The notes below the pieces were generated by a model. The model made no database searches. It was not told the DNA's origin and was given only the letters and a program-made list of their open reading frames with translations. From an uncultured Methanoregulaceae archaeon (GTDB taxonomy: Archaea > Halobacteriota > Methanomicrobia > Methanomicrobiales > Methanospirillaceae), in the NCBI GenBank assembly GCA_963829225.1, contig CAWHHQ010000001.1:136053-200052 (forward strand): a DNA stretch of 64,000 nt, written 5' to 3'. Positions 51,911 through 62,987 of the stretch are shown here, piece by piece. Each line of letters starts with the position of its first letter. Positions within the stretch are counted from its first letter, which is position 1. The position numbers and the translations under genes were made by a program.

Positions 51911-53785
51911 AGAGAAGATTATCGGAATTGACCTCGGCACGTCCAACAGCGAAGCTGCAGTGATGATTGGCGGCAAGCCAACGATCATCCCATCTGCAGA
52001 AGGAGCCACCGTAGCCGGAAAGATGTTTCCCTCATACGTAGCATTCACTCCGGACGGCCAGCTTCTGGTCGGTGAACCGGCACGGCGACAATCTGTGAGT
52101 AATCCTGAAGGGACGGTAACGGCTGCCAAGCGAAAGATGGGGACCGGTCACGTTTACCGTATTTATGGTAAGGAATACACACCCCAGCAGATCTCTGCAT
52201 TTCTCCTGCAGAAAATAAAGCGTGATGCGGAAGCATTTCTCGGAGAACCGGTGACAAAAGCAGTAATTACGGTTCCTGCTTATTTCAATGACAACCAGAG
52301 GACCGCTACCAAAGATGCCGGTAAAATTGCAGGACTGGATGTCGTAAGGCTCGTAAATGAGCCCACCGCGGCATCGATGGCGTATGGCCTGGATCGCGGG
52401 GGGGAATATAAGATCCTCGTCTTTGATCTAGGTGGAGGCACGCTCGATGTGACCATTATGGAATTCGGAGGAGGAACGTTTTCTGTCCTTGCCACGTCAG
52501 GAGATACCCAGCTGGGCGGTACTGATATGGACAACGCCGTGTTCGAATGGATTGCGGACGAATTCAAAAAACTTGAGGGTGTCGATTTAAGAAACGATAA
52601 AATGGCAATCAACCGGCTGAAAGAAGCTGCAGAAAAGGCAAAAATTGAACTTTCAACCGTGCTGGAGACTGAGATAAACCTTCCTTATGCTACTGCCACC
52701 CAGACCGGCCCGAAACACCTTTCCATGAAACTGAGCCGGTCAAAACTCGAACAACTCATAGAACCGATTATCAAGCGTTGCATCCACCCGTTTGAACAGG
52801 CATTAAAAGATGCAAAACTGACAAAAGACGACATCCAGAAGGTAATCCTTGTTGGCGGCCCCACCAGGATGCCGATCGTCCAGAAATTTATCGAGGACCA
52901 TATCGGAAAGAAGGTAGAACGGGGAATCGATCCGATGGAATGTGTTGCGATCGGTGCTGCGATACAGGGTGCGATTCTCGGAGGGGAGATCACAGACATG
53001 GTACTTCTTGACGTGACACCCCTGACGCTTGGTATTGAGACACTTGGTGGCGTCAGAACTCCGTTAATTGAACGGAATACGACAATTCCCACCAAGAAAA
53101 GTCAGATATTTTCTACTGCAGCGGATTACCAGACATCCGTCACTATCCATGTTCTCCAGGGTGAACGTCCAATGTCCGGTGACAATGTAAGTCTCGGGCA
53201 GTTCAACCTTGTCGGGATTCCCCCGGCCCCCGGGGCGTTCCCCAGGTCGAGGTCTCATTTGATATCGATGCATCGGGTATTCTCAATGTATCGGCAAAGG
53301 ATCTCGGGACAGGTAAAGAACAGAAAATGACCATCACTGCCTCGACCAAACTGGCGGAGAATGATGTCAAGAAGATGGTTAACGAAGCCAAACAATATGA
53401 AGAGCAGGATAAGCAGAGAAAAGATGAGGTAGAAATCCGCAACTCCGCCGATTCCCTTATGTATACGGCAGAGAAGACAAAGGCCGATCTTGCAGATAAA
53501 CTGAGCTCAGAGCTCGTCGATAAGCTCAACGCAGCGATCGTCGCAGTAAAGTCGGCACTGGAAGGGAAGGACACATCAAAGATCAAGTCAGAGACCGAGA
53601 AGCTCCAGAAAGTTCTGGGAGAGGCCGGGACAGCTGCGTACCAGCAGGCCGCCCAGCGCCAGGCACAGGAACAGGCCGGTTCACCGGGGGGTGCCACCGG
53701 TGGCGAACAGCATCACCAGGAGGAAACCGGTCCCGGTGGCGAGAAGGTCGTCGACGCCGATTTTAAAGTAAAGGACGAGAAATAA
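51903..53785 (+). CDS. dnaK: Chaperone DnaK (1-nt deletion in the C run at 53227-53231)
   Basis: [23 protein letters not shown]. Adding one C restores [17 protein letters not shown] and joins ORF 53327..53785. Confidence 0.95.
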
Positions 53786-53803
53786 TCATTTTTCCCGGTA
53801 ACA

Positions 53804-54865
53804 ATGGCAAAAGGAGATTATTATGAAATCCTGGGCGTAAAAAAAGACGCGTCGCAGGACGATCTGAAAAAGGCGTTCAGGCATCTTGCCCGAAAATATC
53901 ATCCGGATCTTAACAAAGGCAGTAAAGAAGCCGAAGAAAAGTTCAAAGAGGTCAATGAAGCCTACCAGGTCCTGAACGATCCGCAGAAGAAATTACAGTA
54001 CGACCAGGTGGGGCATGCGGAATTCAAACCGGGTGATTTTACCCAGGCAAAGACACCCAGCTATGATGATCTCTTCAGGGACTTTGGTCTGGGGGATATC
54101 TTTGATGCTTTTTCTTCCGGCTCCCGGAAGACACGGGGAAGAGCCGGGGCTGATCTCCGGTACGATCTTGAGATCTCACTCTCCGACGCATTTTATGGCA
54201 CGAAAAATACGGTAGCGGTCCCTCATTTTGCAGAATGCGGAACCTGTCATGGGACGGGCGCACAGCCCGGTTACATGCGGGAGTGTCCCACCTGTAAAGG
54301 GACTGGAGAGATCAGGAAAGTTCAAAAAACCGGGAACCGCCCCACCATGAATATTGCCCAATGCCCCGATTGTGGCGGGAGCGGGAAGATAATAGAGAAA
54401 CCCTGCGTGACATGCCATGGCAGAGGAATGATTCAAAGAACGAGAAGAATCGAAGTATCGATCCCCCGGGGTGTGGAAGATAATCAGTTTCTGAGAGTTG
54501 CCGGCGAGGGGGAACCCGGTGAGAATCAGGGATCACCCGGAGACTTGTACGTAGTCGTACATATTAAAAAACATGAGATCTTCGAAAGGCAGGGTTCTGA
54601 TCTCTACAGTACCGCCGTTATCAGTCTTGCAACAGCCCTGCTGGGCAGCGAGATCACGGTACCTACGATTACCGGAACAGCGGTATTGAAAATTCCCCGC
54701 GGGACACAGAGCCATACGCTCTTTCGGCTCAGGGAACAGGGAATACCGTACCTGAATTCTGACAGCCGGGGAGATCTGCTCATTAAGATTATCGTAAAAA
54801 TTCCGGAAAAAATGTCAAAAAAACAAGAGGATCTTATAAAAGAGGCTTTTGCGGGGGGAGTGTAG
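53804..54865 (+). CDS. dnaJ: Chaperone DnaJ
   Basis: J-domain HPD, four CxxCxGxG repeats. Confidence 0.95.
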   Translation: MAKGDYYEILGVKKDASQDDLKKAFRHLARKYHPDLNKGSKEAEEKFKEVNEAYQVLNDPQKKLQYDQVGHAEFKPGDFTQAKTPSYDDLFRDFGLGDIFDAFSSGSRKTRGRAGADLRYDLEISLSDAFYGTKNTVAVPHFAECGTCHGTGAQPGYMRECPTCKGTGEIRKVQKTGNRPTMNIAQCPDCGGSGKIIEKPCVTCHGRGMIQRTRRIEVSIPRGVEDNQFLRVAGEGEPGENQGSPGDLYVVVHIKKHEIFERQGSDLYSTAVISLATALLGSEITVPTITGTAVLKIPRGTQSHTLFRLREQGIPYLNSDSRGDLLIKIIVKIPEKMSKKQEDLIKEAFAGGV

Positions 54866-54956
54866 TTTTCACCAACAGAAGAATCGCTGAAAGGGAAAGG
54901 GTTCCATCTTTTTTCCTTATGCGAATATAGTAAGGTACGATCGGGAGGAGAATAAT

Positions 54957-55151
54957 ATGCAGAAGATTGAAAGCAGCAAGAAGTACCAAAATGGAATCCA
55001 GGTATTATGGAAAGTAGAGGGAAAAGAATTTACTGATTTTTTTCCTTACGAGGAATTGATAGCGATGAAAATTAATGCACTCGATTTGCTGAAAAATCCT
55101 GCCATATACAGGGTTGATGCAGAAAACCATAAACTTGAGTCATCTGTATGA
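54957..55151 (+). CDS. Small hypothetical protein, 64 aa
   Basis: GGAGGA RBS and ATG; co-oriented after dnaJ. Confidence 0.65.
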   Translation: MQKIESSKKYQNGIQVLWKVEGKEFTDFFPYEELIAMKINALDLLKNPAIYRVDAENHKLESSV

Positions 55152-55345
55152 TCGCATCATGACGAGACGGAATATCCGGAAATTTGTCTCCTTTTTGGAA
55201 ATGAAGACCGGAATCAATCCTGTTGCTGGTTTGGATTCCTTCCAGACAGTTTCTCCGTTATATTTCGGGAAATTTCTTTATAATCGGCTATCATTTTTGA
55301 AAAACAACGGCTGCCGTGCAACTTCGATGATATGGGGTGAGAAAC

Positions 55346-55666
55346 ATGCCGGAAAGAGATGAAAAGAACCTTATTTTTATCGTAAATCCACCAGACGATA
55401 TTAAGCAAACTCTGATGAATAAATTCCGGGCCATGTTTGTGGACAAACTTACGGAGCAGGATCTCAGGGAACTCCAGTTTTATTTAAAGAAACAGTTTGA
55501 CGAAAAACGTCGGATAAATGTTGAATTTAAATTGAAATTTGAATCCCGGTTAAGGCAGTATTTTCACGAAGAGATCATGCGGCGGGAAATTGTCAGTATT
55601 GAGACTCTTCTCAGCCTGCTAAAGCCGGAAGATCTGAAAAAACCAGAGAGCGACCAGTTCTCATGA
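55346..55666 (+). CDS. Hypothetical charged helical protein, 106 aa
   Basis: GGGGTGA RBS before ATG 55346. Confidence 0.65.
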   Translation: MPERDEKNLIFIVNPPDDIKQTLMNKFRAMFVDKLTEQDLRELQFYLKKQFDEKRRINVEFKLKFESRLRQYFHEEIMRREIVSIETLLSLLKPEDLKKPESDQFS

Positions 55667-55948
55667 CCGGGAAAATCATTTCAAAATTTGTTTCAAAAAG
55701 TGTTTTTCAGGCAAAATTTGATAAAATTCCATTCGATATACGCGTGGTGGAGTAAGGAGGATGGGCTGGGCGGGGGGTAACTCTTCTGTGGTATCCGTTG
55801 TTATCGGACTGAATATCGTAAGATCAATTCTGGCCATTTTTCCTTAGCCCATGAACCGGGAGGGATTTTGGAGGAACATCCTCCCGAATTGTCGAGAAGA
55901 GTGGTGAATGTTCTGATCCATCCGCGAAAATGATGAGGAGGAGTTCGT

Positions 55949-56428
55949 ATGGTAAGATGGTATTACCGGTCGGTAATTGATGAACTGGATGAAATGAAGA
56001 AATACATGGACTCCCTGGTCCATGAGTTGTATGAGACCAACCCGATTGCATTGTTACCCGCTGCAAGGGGCAGCGGAACGAAGATGTTGCCCGCACAACG
56101 GGCTGATTTCCGTGTTGATGTGACTGAACACGACAATGAGGTAATCGTTATTGCGGATCTCATTCCTGGTGTGTCCAAAAAAGACATTGCCCTTTCCCTT
56201 GTCAATCCACAGACACTGGAAATCTCCTGTGAACGCAAAGAAGAGAGAAAGGAAGAGAAGGAAGGATTTTATCTTCGTGAGCGCAGTTTTGGATCCCTGA
56301 CACGATTCGTTCCGATTCCACAGGCGGTTACTGAAACCGGGTCGACCGCATCGTTCAGGAACGGCGTTCTTGAGGTCCACCTGAGGAAATCAGGAAAAGA
56401 GGAACGGGGGAGAATACCTGTTGATTGA
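55949..56428 (+). CDS. Small heat-shock protein Hsp20
   Basis: VDVTE, PGVSKKDI, ERSFGS, ASFRNGVLEV; GAGGAG RBS. Confidence 0.92.
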   Translation: MVRWYYRSVIDELDEMKKYMDSLVHELYETNPIALLPAARGSGTKMLPAQRADFRVDVTEHDNEVIVIADLIPGVSKKDIALSLVNPQTLEISCERKEERKEEKEGFYLRERSFGSLTRFVPIPQAVTETGSTASFRNGVLEVHLRKSGKEERGRIPVD

Positions 56429-56543
56429 TTTTTTCGTTCAGTCCAATCAAAAGAACTGGTAGTAAAGATCAAGAAATTGGGGGAACGTCATGGCCAAATT
56501 TGAACAGATGATGCAGGATATCGAACGGATAGAGTGATTATGT

Positions 56544-56798
56544 ATGATTATGGTAAAGAAACGCGACGGCAGCAAAGAATTATTCGTCCCTGAAAAAATT
56601 ATGGTGAGTGCACTGAAATCCGGATCCCCACCCGAGTATGCAAGAATCATTGCGCAGGATATCGAGAAGAACTCCAAAGATGGTGTCACAACACAGGAGA
56701 TCAAAACAAGAGTTCTTTCCATGCTCAAGTCAAAAAATCCGGAATGGGAGAGAAACTGGATGGTGTATGATACAGCGGTGAAAAAAAGGGTAAGTTAA
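56544..56798 (+). CDS. Stand-alone ATP-cone domain protein
   Basis: VKKRDGSKELF.PEKI, VTTQEI; 84 aa. Confidence 0.8.
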   Translation: MIMVKKRDGSKELFVPEKIMVSALKSGSPPEYARIIAQDIEKNSKDGVTTQEIKTRVLSMLKSKNPEWERNWMVYDTAVKKRVS

Positions 56799-56870
56799 GA
56801 CATATAAGATAGTCCATTCTGGATATTGGGAAAAATTTTTAGATGCCTAATAAATCCGACGGAGATGCAA

Positions 56871-57452
56871 ATGATCGATAGTTCAAAAGACAAGATTTCA
56901 TCACTGATAAACGATCTTTCAGATCCCAATGAAGATATCCGGTGGGCTGCAGCGTATGCCCTTTCCCAGATCGGAGAGCCTGCAGTAGAATCACTCACCA
57001 ATGCACTTGACAACCGAAACAGCGTCGTGAGGCTCCGGGCTGCATGGGCATTGGGCCGGATTGGTGATCTCCGCCCGGTCGATAAGCTGATCGCAACACT
57101 TCGTGATGGAGACTGGGCGGTAAGGATGCGGGCGGCCGAGGCCCTAGGCAAACTTCAGGCCCATCGAGCAACAGATGCCCTGATCCTTGCTTTAAAGGAT
57201 GAGAAGATCGATGTCAGAAGGCATGTAATCGCCGCTCTTACCCGGATTGCTGATCCCGCATCTGCTGATCGTCTCGGGGAACTGGTGAAAGATGCAGACT
57301 GGCGTGTACGGATGGGAGCAGTACTTGCCCTCGCTGCTATCGGAGACGAAAAGAGCCTCCTCCTCCTCAAGGCAGCAACCGGTGACGAGAACCAGTATGT
57401 GCAAAAAATTGCCCAGTCCGTGACCAGTAAAAAAGCGGGAAAACCGGTCTGA
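56871..57452 (+). CDS. HEAT-repeat (PBS lyase-like) protein
   Basis: Repeated D...VR..AA.ALG units. Confidence 0.88.
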   Translation: MIDSSKDKISSLINDLSDPNEDIRWAAAYALSQIGEPAVESLTNALDNRNSVVRLRAAWALGRIGDLRPVDKLIATLRDGDWAVRMRAAEALGKLQAHRATDALILALKDEKIDVRRHVIAALTRIADPASADRLGELVKDADWRVRMGAVLALAAIGDEKSLLLLKAATGDENQYVQKIAQSVTSKKAGKPV

Positions 57453-57711
57453 CAATAAAAAAATTAGCGTCCTGTGCAGGAATTTATATAATGGAAGGTT
57501 ATTTTCGGTACCTGAAAAATCTAAGCGTTTCTGAATTGTGAAAAAAAATGATTTTTTTATTGTGGAATTAATTAATAAAAACAGTTCACCTGATTCGTTT
57601 TCCTTGCGGCGATAACAGGTAAGATTATTGTAATTATATTAACCCAATGCTCATCCATGCGAAAAGCCTGGATATCAATAACCCGGAAAAGTTCAGAGTT
57701 CAAAAGTGGAG

Positions 57712-57783
57712 CGCCCCGGCCGGGACTTGAACCCGGGTCAAAAGATCCGCAATCTTCTAGGATGTCCACTACCCCACCGGGAC
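57712..57783 (-). tRNA. tRNA-Arg (anticodon GCG)
   Basis: GTCCCGG/CCGGGGC acceptor stem, GAAGA-TTGCGGA-TCTTT anticodon arm, GGTTCAAGTCC T-loop. Confidence 0.95.
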
Positions 57784-57934
57784 AGAAATTATTGGCTGTT
57801 CAGCCTTACTAAAATTGCTTTCATCGCATAAATACCTCACCGTTTACCAATTCACGAAAAAAGAAATGGTCTGCCATTGCGATTTGGGTAAAAATTACTC
57901 ATAAAATAATTATTTTTCGGTCAGCATTCTGGTG

Positions 57935-58690
57935 CTATGCTGTCCAGGTCGGTGTTGGTGTTGCTGTAACGAAAGGCAGGGAATCCCGGGGATTCGACAT
58001 AAAATAGGCGCAGTCCGTTGTCGTATTAAATTGTGTCGTATCATTGAAATTTCCCTCCGGTTTCACCCATACCATTGCTGTTGCCGTGATGTTATTGCCA
58101 CTGAATTCAATCTGCATATTATCCCGTTTCATAACTTTGAGCGTACGGTTCAGATAAGTCGTATATTTCTGGGTCCCAAATCCGTCCTGAAGATATATAT
58201 CTCCGGTTGATTTGCTCATGACGGTAACAAGAAACACTGATTGGGGACTATACGTATCGATCGTAAGGGTTTTTTCACCTTCCCCGACGATTGGGGAATC
58301 ATATACTTTATGGATAGTTACATTCGATGGTTTTACCGAATAATTGATCATCATCGGAGGATTCTGAAGGTTAAACGCAATAGCTGTTTTATTATATACA
58401 TACGTATTGGTCGTTGAATAAATGCGGCAATAGAGATCGCCGGGAACCTGGGTAGGGGGAATGGTGTGGAATCCACTTGCAGGAGTATCAGTAACAAAAG
58501 GCGTTACGTCTGTTACATAATTCGGTGTTGGGGAAATCTGCGGACTCGTTTGACCGGGCTGGTTGGAAGTGTAGATATTCCCGTTTTTGGATGAGGTAGC
58601 ATTTTCTTTTGGTGGTGCAACACATCCCGACGCCATCATGATCAGGATAATTGAAATACAACAGGCGACACGGACCAGGATCTCTTTCAT
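57935..58690 (-). CDS. Exported, probably lipid-anchored protein between two tRNA genes
   Basis: Hydrophobic leader ending ASGC, followed by a Pro/Thr-rich region. Confidence 0.75.
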   Translation of the reverse strand: MKEILVRVACCISIILIMMASGCVAPPKENATSSKNGNIYTSNQPGQTSPQISPTPNYVTDVTPFVTDTPASGFHTIPPTQVPGDLYCRIYSTTNTYVYNKTAIAFNLQNPPMMINYSVKPSNVTIHKVYDSPIVGEGEKTLTIDTYSPQSVFLVTVMSKSTGDIYLQDGFGTQKYTTYLNRTLKVMKRDNMQIEFSGNNITATAMVWVKPEGNFNDTTQFNTTTDCAYFMSNPRDSLPFVTATPTPTWTA

Positions 58691-58815
58691 AATTCAATAG
58701 TACAGTAATTCATAGTAATTAAGGATTTTTAGATGAAATTATTCGGGTTTTTAATTAAAATCACAATTATCGCCTTGATAAAAACATACTGAGATTTATA
58801 AGCAAGAAGAAAAAA

Positions 58816-58900
58816 TGCGAGGGATGGGATTCGAACCCAAGAACTCCTGCGAGATCAGGCCCTGAACCTGACGCCGTTGACCTGGCTTGGCTACCCTCGC
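58816..58900 (-). tRNA. tRNA-Leu (anticodon CAG)
   Basis: GCGAGGG/CCCTCGC acceptor stem, TCAGG-TTCAGGG-CCTGA anticodon arm, long variable arm, GGTTCGAATCC. Confidence 0.95.
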
Positions 58901-58941
58901 GCTTGTATACATTATGTATGGAATTACATAAAGATAGGTGA

Positions 58942-60807
58942 TCACCCTCCTTTGCCGGCACTGTTCCCGTTTAACGATCTCTTCATCTCTTTGTCTCGAA
59001 GCTCATTGCGCCTGATTTTTCCTGAAATAGTTTTAGGGAGCGAGTCTACAAACTCAATTGCACGCGGGTATTTGTAGGGTGCCGTAACCTTCTTCACATG
59101 GGTTTGTATCTCCCGGACAAGCGCCTCGGAAGGTTTCATCCCCGGTTTAAGTATCACAAATGCCTTAACAATAAGTCCCCGGATATCATCCGGTGATCCA
59201 ACAACTGCTGCTTCCTGGACTGCCGGATGCTCGATCAATGCACTCTCAACCTCAAACGGCCCGATTCGGTAGCCGGATGCCTTGATGACATCATCGTCCC
59301 TGCCGATAAACCAGAAATACCCATCCTCATCCTTGTATGCCTTATCTCCGGTATAATAAAAACCGTCCACAAATGATTTTTTATTCTCTTCTTCGTTGTT
59401 CAGGTACTCCCGGAACATGCCTACAGGGCGGGGGTCAAGCCTGATGGCTATCCGCCCTTCTTCATGAAGTCCAACGGGTTTTCCCTTGTCGTCGTGAAGC
59501 TCGATATACCAGCCCGGTGACGGCCTTCCCATGGAACCGAACTTTGGTGTCATACCGGGGAAGGTTCCGATACAAAGAACGGTCTCGGTCTGTCCATAGC
59601 CTTCATATATGGTCAGGCCGGTCGCATCCTTCCATGCCTTGATAACTTCAGGATTCAAGGGTTCACCTGCACTCACACAATGCCGGAGCTCGGTAAAATC
59701 GAACTTGTCAAGATCAGCGAGAATGAGCATGCGGTAAATTGTCGGAGGACAACAGAAAGTATTTATGCCGTACTTCTCGATCAGGGGAAGGATCTCGGTT
59801 GGGTTGAATTTACTGCGGATGTCATAGACAAAAATCGCCGCACCTTCTATCCACTGCCCGTAAAATTTTCCCCAGGCGCTTTTTGCCCATCCTGTATCAG
59901 ACAGGGTAAAATGGAGATCGGTGGAACGGATGTCATGCCAGAATCTGGCAGTTACAATATGTCCGAGTGGATAACTCTGGTCATGCACCACCATTTTCGG
60001 TTCCCCGGTAGTTCCGGATGTGAAAAATATCACCAGCGGATCGGAGTGACGGGTCTTTTTCATACCGGGAAGATTTACGAGTTTTGCTGAAACCGGTGCA
60101 GGGTACTCAAGCTCCACAGGATAACTGATCCATCCGGGTCTCCTTCCGTCCACCATCATCTTGCAGGAAAGTGTCGGACATTCTTTTGTGATCGCATCAA
60201 TCTTATCTGCATGTTCTTCACTGGTTATGACCATCTTTATATCGGCTAGATTAATACGGTATTTCAGATCCTTTGGGGTGAGCATCGTTGGTGCCGGGCA
60301 GTAGACAGCACCCCGCTTGATCAGCGCCAGGGTAAATGTCCACCATTCGGGAACCCGCGGGAGCATGATCAGGACCCGGTCTCCCTTATTGACGCCATAT
60401 TTGATCATCATGTTCACTATCTGGTTTGAAAGGCGCATGATATCCCAGAAGGTGAATTTCTTTTCTTCACCATCCTGGTTCACCCAGATCATTGCAAGCT
60501 TGTTCCGGTCCTTATGCGCCCATGCATCAATAACATCAAAACCGAAGTTAAAATACTCAGGAACTTCAATTTTAAAAGAGCGGTATGTTTCATCGTAGTC
60601 ACCCATGTTATGATCATGAGGGCTTACGACCGGACCGGCAGAGGGAAGATTAGTTGCACCAATCGTACGGAAACCCGCGTCATGCACAAGATGCGTGGTG
60701 CATGCCTCGTTGATCCATTCCGACCGGGATATCTTTCTTTTTTCACAGGATTTATCAACAGATGCCGTGAGGCTATCATCCATGGTAACAGAATATCGCA
60801 CCATCAA
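58942..60807 (-). CDS. AMP-forming acyl-CoA synthetase (ACSM-like) with an N-terminal ribbon-helix-helix domain
   Basis: [38 protein letters not shown]; N-terminus VRYSVTMDDSL...VD...KISRSEWINEAC. Confidence 0.9.
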   Translation of the reverse strand: MMVRYSVTMDDSLTASVDKSCEKRKISRSEWINEACTTHLVHDAGFRTIGATNLPSAGPVVSPHDHNMGDYDETYRSFKIEVPEYFNFGFDVIDAWAHKDRNKLAMIWVNQDGEEKKFTFWDIMRLSNQIVNMMIKYGVNKGDRVLIMLPRVPEWWTFTLALIKRGAVYCPAPTMLTPKDLKYRINLADIKMVITSEEHADKIDAITKECPTLSCKMMVDGRRPGWISYPVELEYPAPVSAKLVNLPGMKKTRHSDPLVIFFTSGTTGEPKMVVHDQSYPLGHIVTARFWHDIRSTDLHFTLSDTGWAKSAWGKFYGQWIEGAAIFVYDIRSKFNPTEILPLIEKYGINTFCCPPTIYRMLILADLDKFDFTELRHCVSAGEPLNPEVIKAWKDATGLTIYEGYGQTETVLCIGTFPGMTPKFGSMGRPSPGWYIELHDDKGKPVGLHEEGRIAIRLDPRPVGMFREYLNNEEENKKSFVDGFYYTGDKAYKDEDGYFWFIGRDDDVIKASGYRIGPFEVESALIEHPAVQEAAVVGSPDDIRGLIVKAFVILKPGMKPSEALVREIQTHVKKVTAPYKYPRAIEFVDSLPKTISGKIRRNELRDKEMKRSLNGNSAGKGG

Positions 60808-60964
60808 GGATCGGTTTGGTGGTGCACCTGATAGGTTTTTCGATTGTTATTGACACCACATGCAGAATTCTCACGATAAAAGAACAGATGTCTGGAGTCG
60901 ATATAATATCGGGAGAATTTACCCGGAACACGGGAATGCTCCGGGAATATTCAGGCTGGTGCAG

Positions 60965-62160
60965 TTATTTTTTATTGAGGTGCTTTTTCATCTCTGCTGC
61001 ACGCGGCTCATTGGGCTTTATCTTCCCGGAGATGGTCTTTGGAAGCTCATCAACAAACTCGATCTCACGGGGATATTTGTAAGGTGCTGTTGTACGTTTT
61101 ACATATATCTTCAGTTCCCTGATGAGAGACTCAGACGGCTCATATCCGGCGTTAAGAATGACAAATGCCTTGACGATCATCCGCGGATACGATCCGGCGA
61201 TCCCACAACTGCGGCTTCCTGTACTGCAGGATGTTCAATGAGCGCACTTTCAACTTCAAAAGGCCCGATACGATATCCCGAGCCCTTTATCACATCATCG
61301 TCGCGACCGACAAACCACAGAAATCCATCCTCGTCCCGGTATACTTTATCGCCGGTATAGGTCCAGCCTCTTACGAAGGATCTCTTATTTTCTTCAGGAT
61401 TGTCGATATGCTCCACAAGGGAGTCCCAGAGGACGTGGGTTACAGGAAATTGCCTGCATTCCCTCCTCTTGCGCATCAACCGGGACGCCGTCTTCATTAT
61501 GAACCTCAACGTTCCATCCAGGAGAGGATTTTCCCATTGAACCAGGCCGGGGCTCAAAACCCCTCAATGTGGCAACACAGCACGGTCTCAGTCTGCCCGT
61601 AACCTTCACATGGTCGGACCCGTCCCCTCTTTCCAGACCCGGATTACTTCGGGATTTAAGGGCCCCGGCACTACAACAATGGCGAAGCGACGAGAGATCA
61701 AAACGATCCAAATCTGCAAGGATCAACATCCGGTAAATTGTCGGGGGACAGCAGAATGTGGTAACCGGGTATTTTCCAGAAGGGGGAGCACTTCGGTTGC
61801 CGGGAATTTTCCGAGAAATGGTAAACGAAAATACATGCGCCCTCGATCCATTGACCGAAAATTTTGCCCGAGGCACACCTTTACCCAGCCAGTGTCGGCT
61901 CCGGTAAAATGCAGATCATTGTGCCGGATATCCTGCCAGAGGCGGTCTGAAACAATATGCCCCAGGGGTAACTTTTATTGTGGAGAACCATTTTGGGCTC
62001 GCCGGTTGTCCCGGAGGTGAAGTAGATCAACATCGGCCTTTACTTCTTGTCCGCGGGGTATCCGGAATGCTGACAGAACGACGGGATACCGGGGCCGGGT
62101 ACGGGAGTTCATAGGCCAGCTTGCCCATCCTTCCCGCTCGACATCAACGACCATGCGAAA
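60965..62160 (-). pseudogene. Decayed, 5'-truncated paralogue of the adjacent acyl-CoA synthetase
   Basis: Fragments in several frames: [62 protein letters not shown]; many indels. Confidence 0.85.
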
Positions 62161-62262
62161 ACCGTACCACGATACAGATTATAGGGTTTTCGCAGTCTCT
62201 GTCGACAGACCATAAAGATTGTCCATTAGTATTATGATTCAGGGAAAAGCATAGTATAGTGG

Positions 62263-62817
62263 ATGGCAGATAAAAAGTACGATTCGTTAAAAATTGAGAA
62301 TATTGTCGCGTCAGGAGTTATTGCAGATTCGATAGATCTCGTCGATGTTTCCGCTAAGATCAAGAGCTGCGAACTCAATACGAAGCGCTTTCCCGGAGCA
62401 GTCTACCGGATCGAGAACCCGAAGATTGCATCCCTGATTTTTTCATCAGGAAAGGTTGTTCTTACCGGAATCCGTGATAAAAAAGCGCTCACTGACGGTT
62501 TAAGAATCATCATGAAGTCTCTCAAAGAGGCTGGTGTTGATACATATACTGAACCCAAAGTAGCAATCACCAACATCGTCTGTTCCTATGATATTGGCAA
62601 ATACATCAACCTGAACAAGGTGGTCATCACGCTCAACCTTGAAAATATCGAATATGAACCGGAGCAGTTCCCCGGACTCGTGTACCGGATCAAAGATCCC
62701 AAGATCGTGGCGCTCCTCTTCTCTTCAGGAAAAATTATTCTTACCGGCGGCAAGAATCTTGAAGATATCAAGAAAGGCCTTGACTTTCTTGAGCAGAAAC
62801 TTGAAAGTATAATGTAA
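62263..62817 (+). CDS. tbp: TATA-box binding protein
   Basis: IENIVAS, FPG.VYRI..PK..LIFSSGKVV.TG repeated twice. Confidence 0.97.
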   Translation: MADKKYDSLKIENIVASGVIADSIDLVDVSAKIKSCELNTKRFPGAVYRIENPKIASLIFSSGKVVLTGIRDKKALTDGLRIIMKSLKEAGVDTYTEPKVAITNIVCSYDIGKYINLNKVVITLNLENIEYEPEQFPGLVYRIKDPKIVALLFSSGKIILTGGKNLEDIKKGLDFLEQKLESIM

Positions 62818-62987
62818 ATTTAACGATTTTTTTGCCTCTTTCATAGTTTGCTTTTGGACTGGCATTTTTATCTGATTTGCATGATCGGGATGGACCACGT
62901 ACTTGATCAAGTATGAAGTAATCAGATTTTTTATTCAACTGATCACATTTCAGAAAAACCTCGGAAAACCGAAGAATTTTTTTTGTG

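Noticed and set aside
51903-53785. dnaK as two genes or a programmed frameshift
   Set aside because: A single missing C in a homopolymer inside the conserved PAPRG motif, typical of sequencing error.
57712-57750. att-site duplication of the tRNA-Arg 3' end
   Set aside because: Only a 9-nt match (gaacccggg near 51210) was noticed, which is expected by chance.
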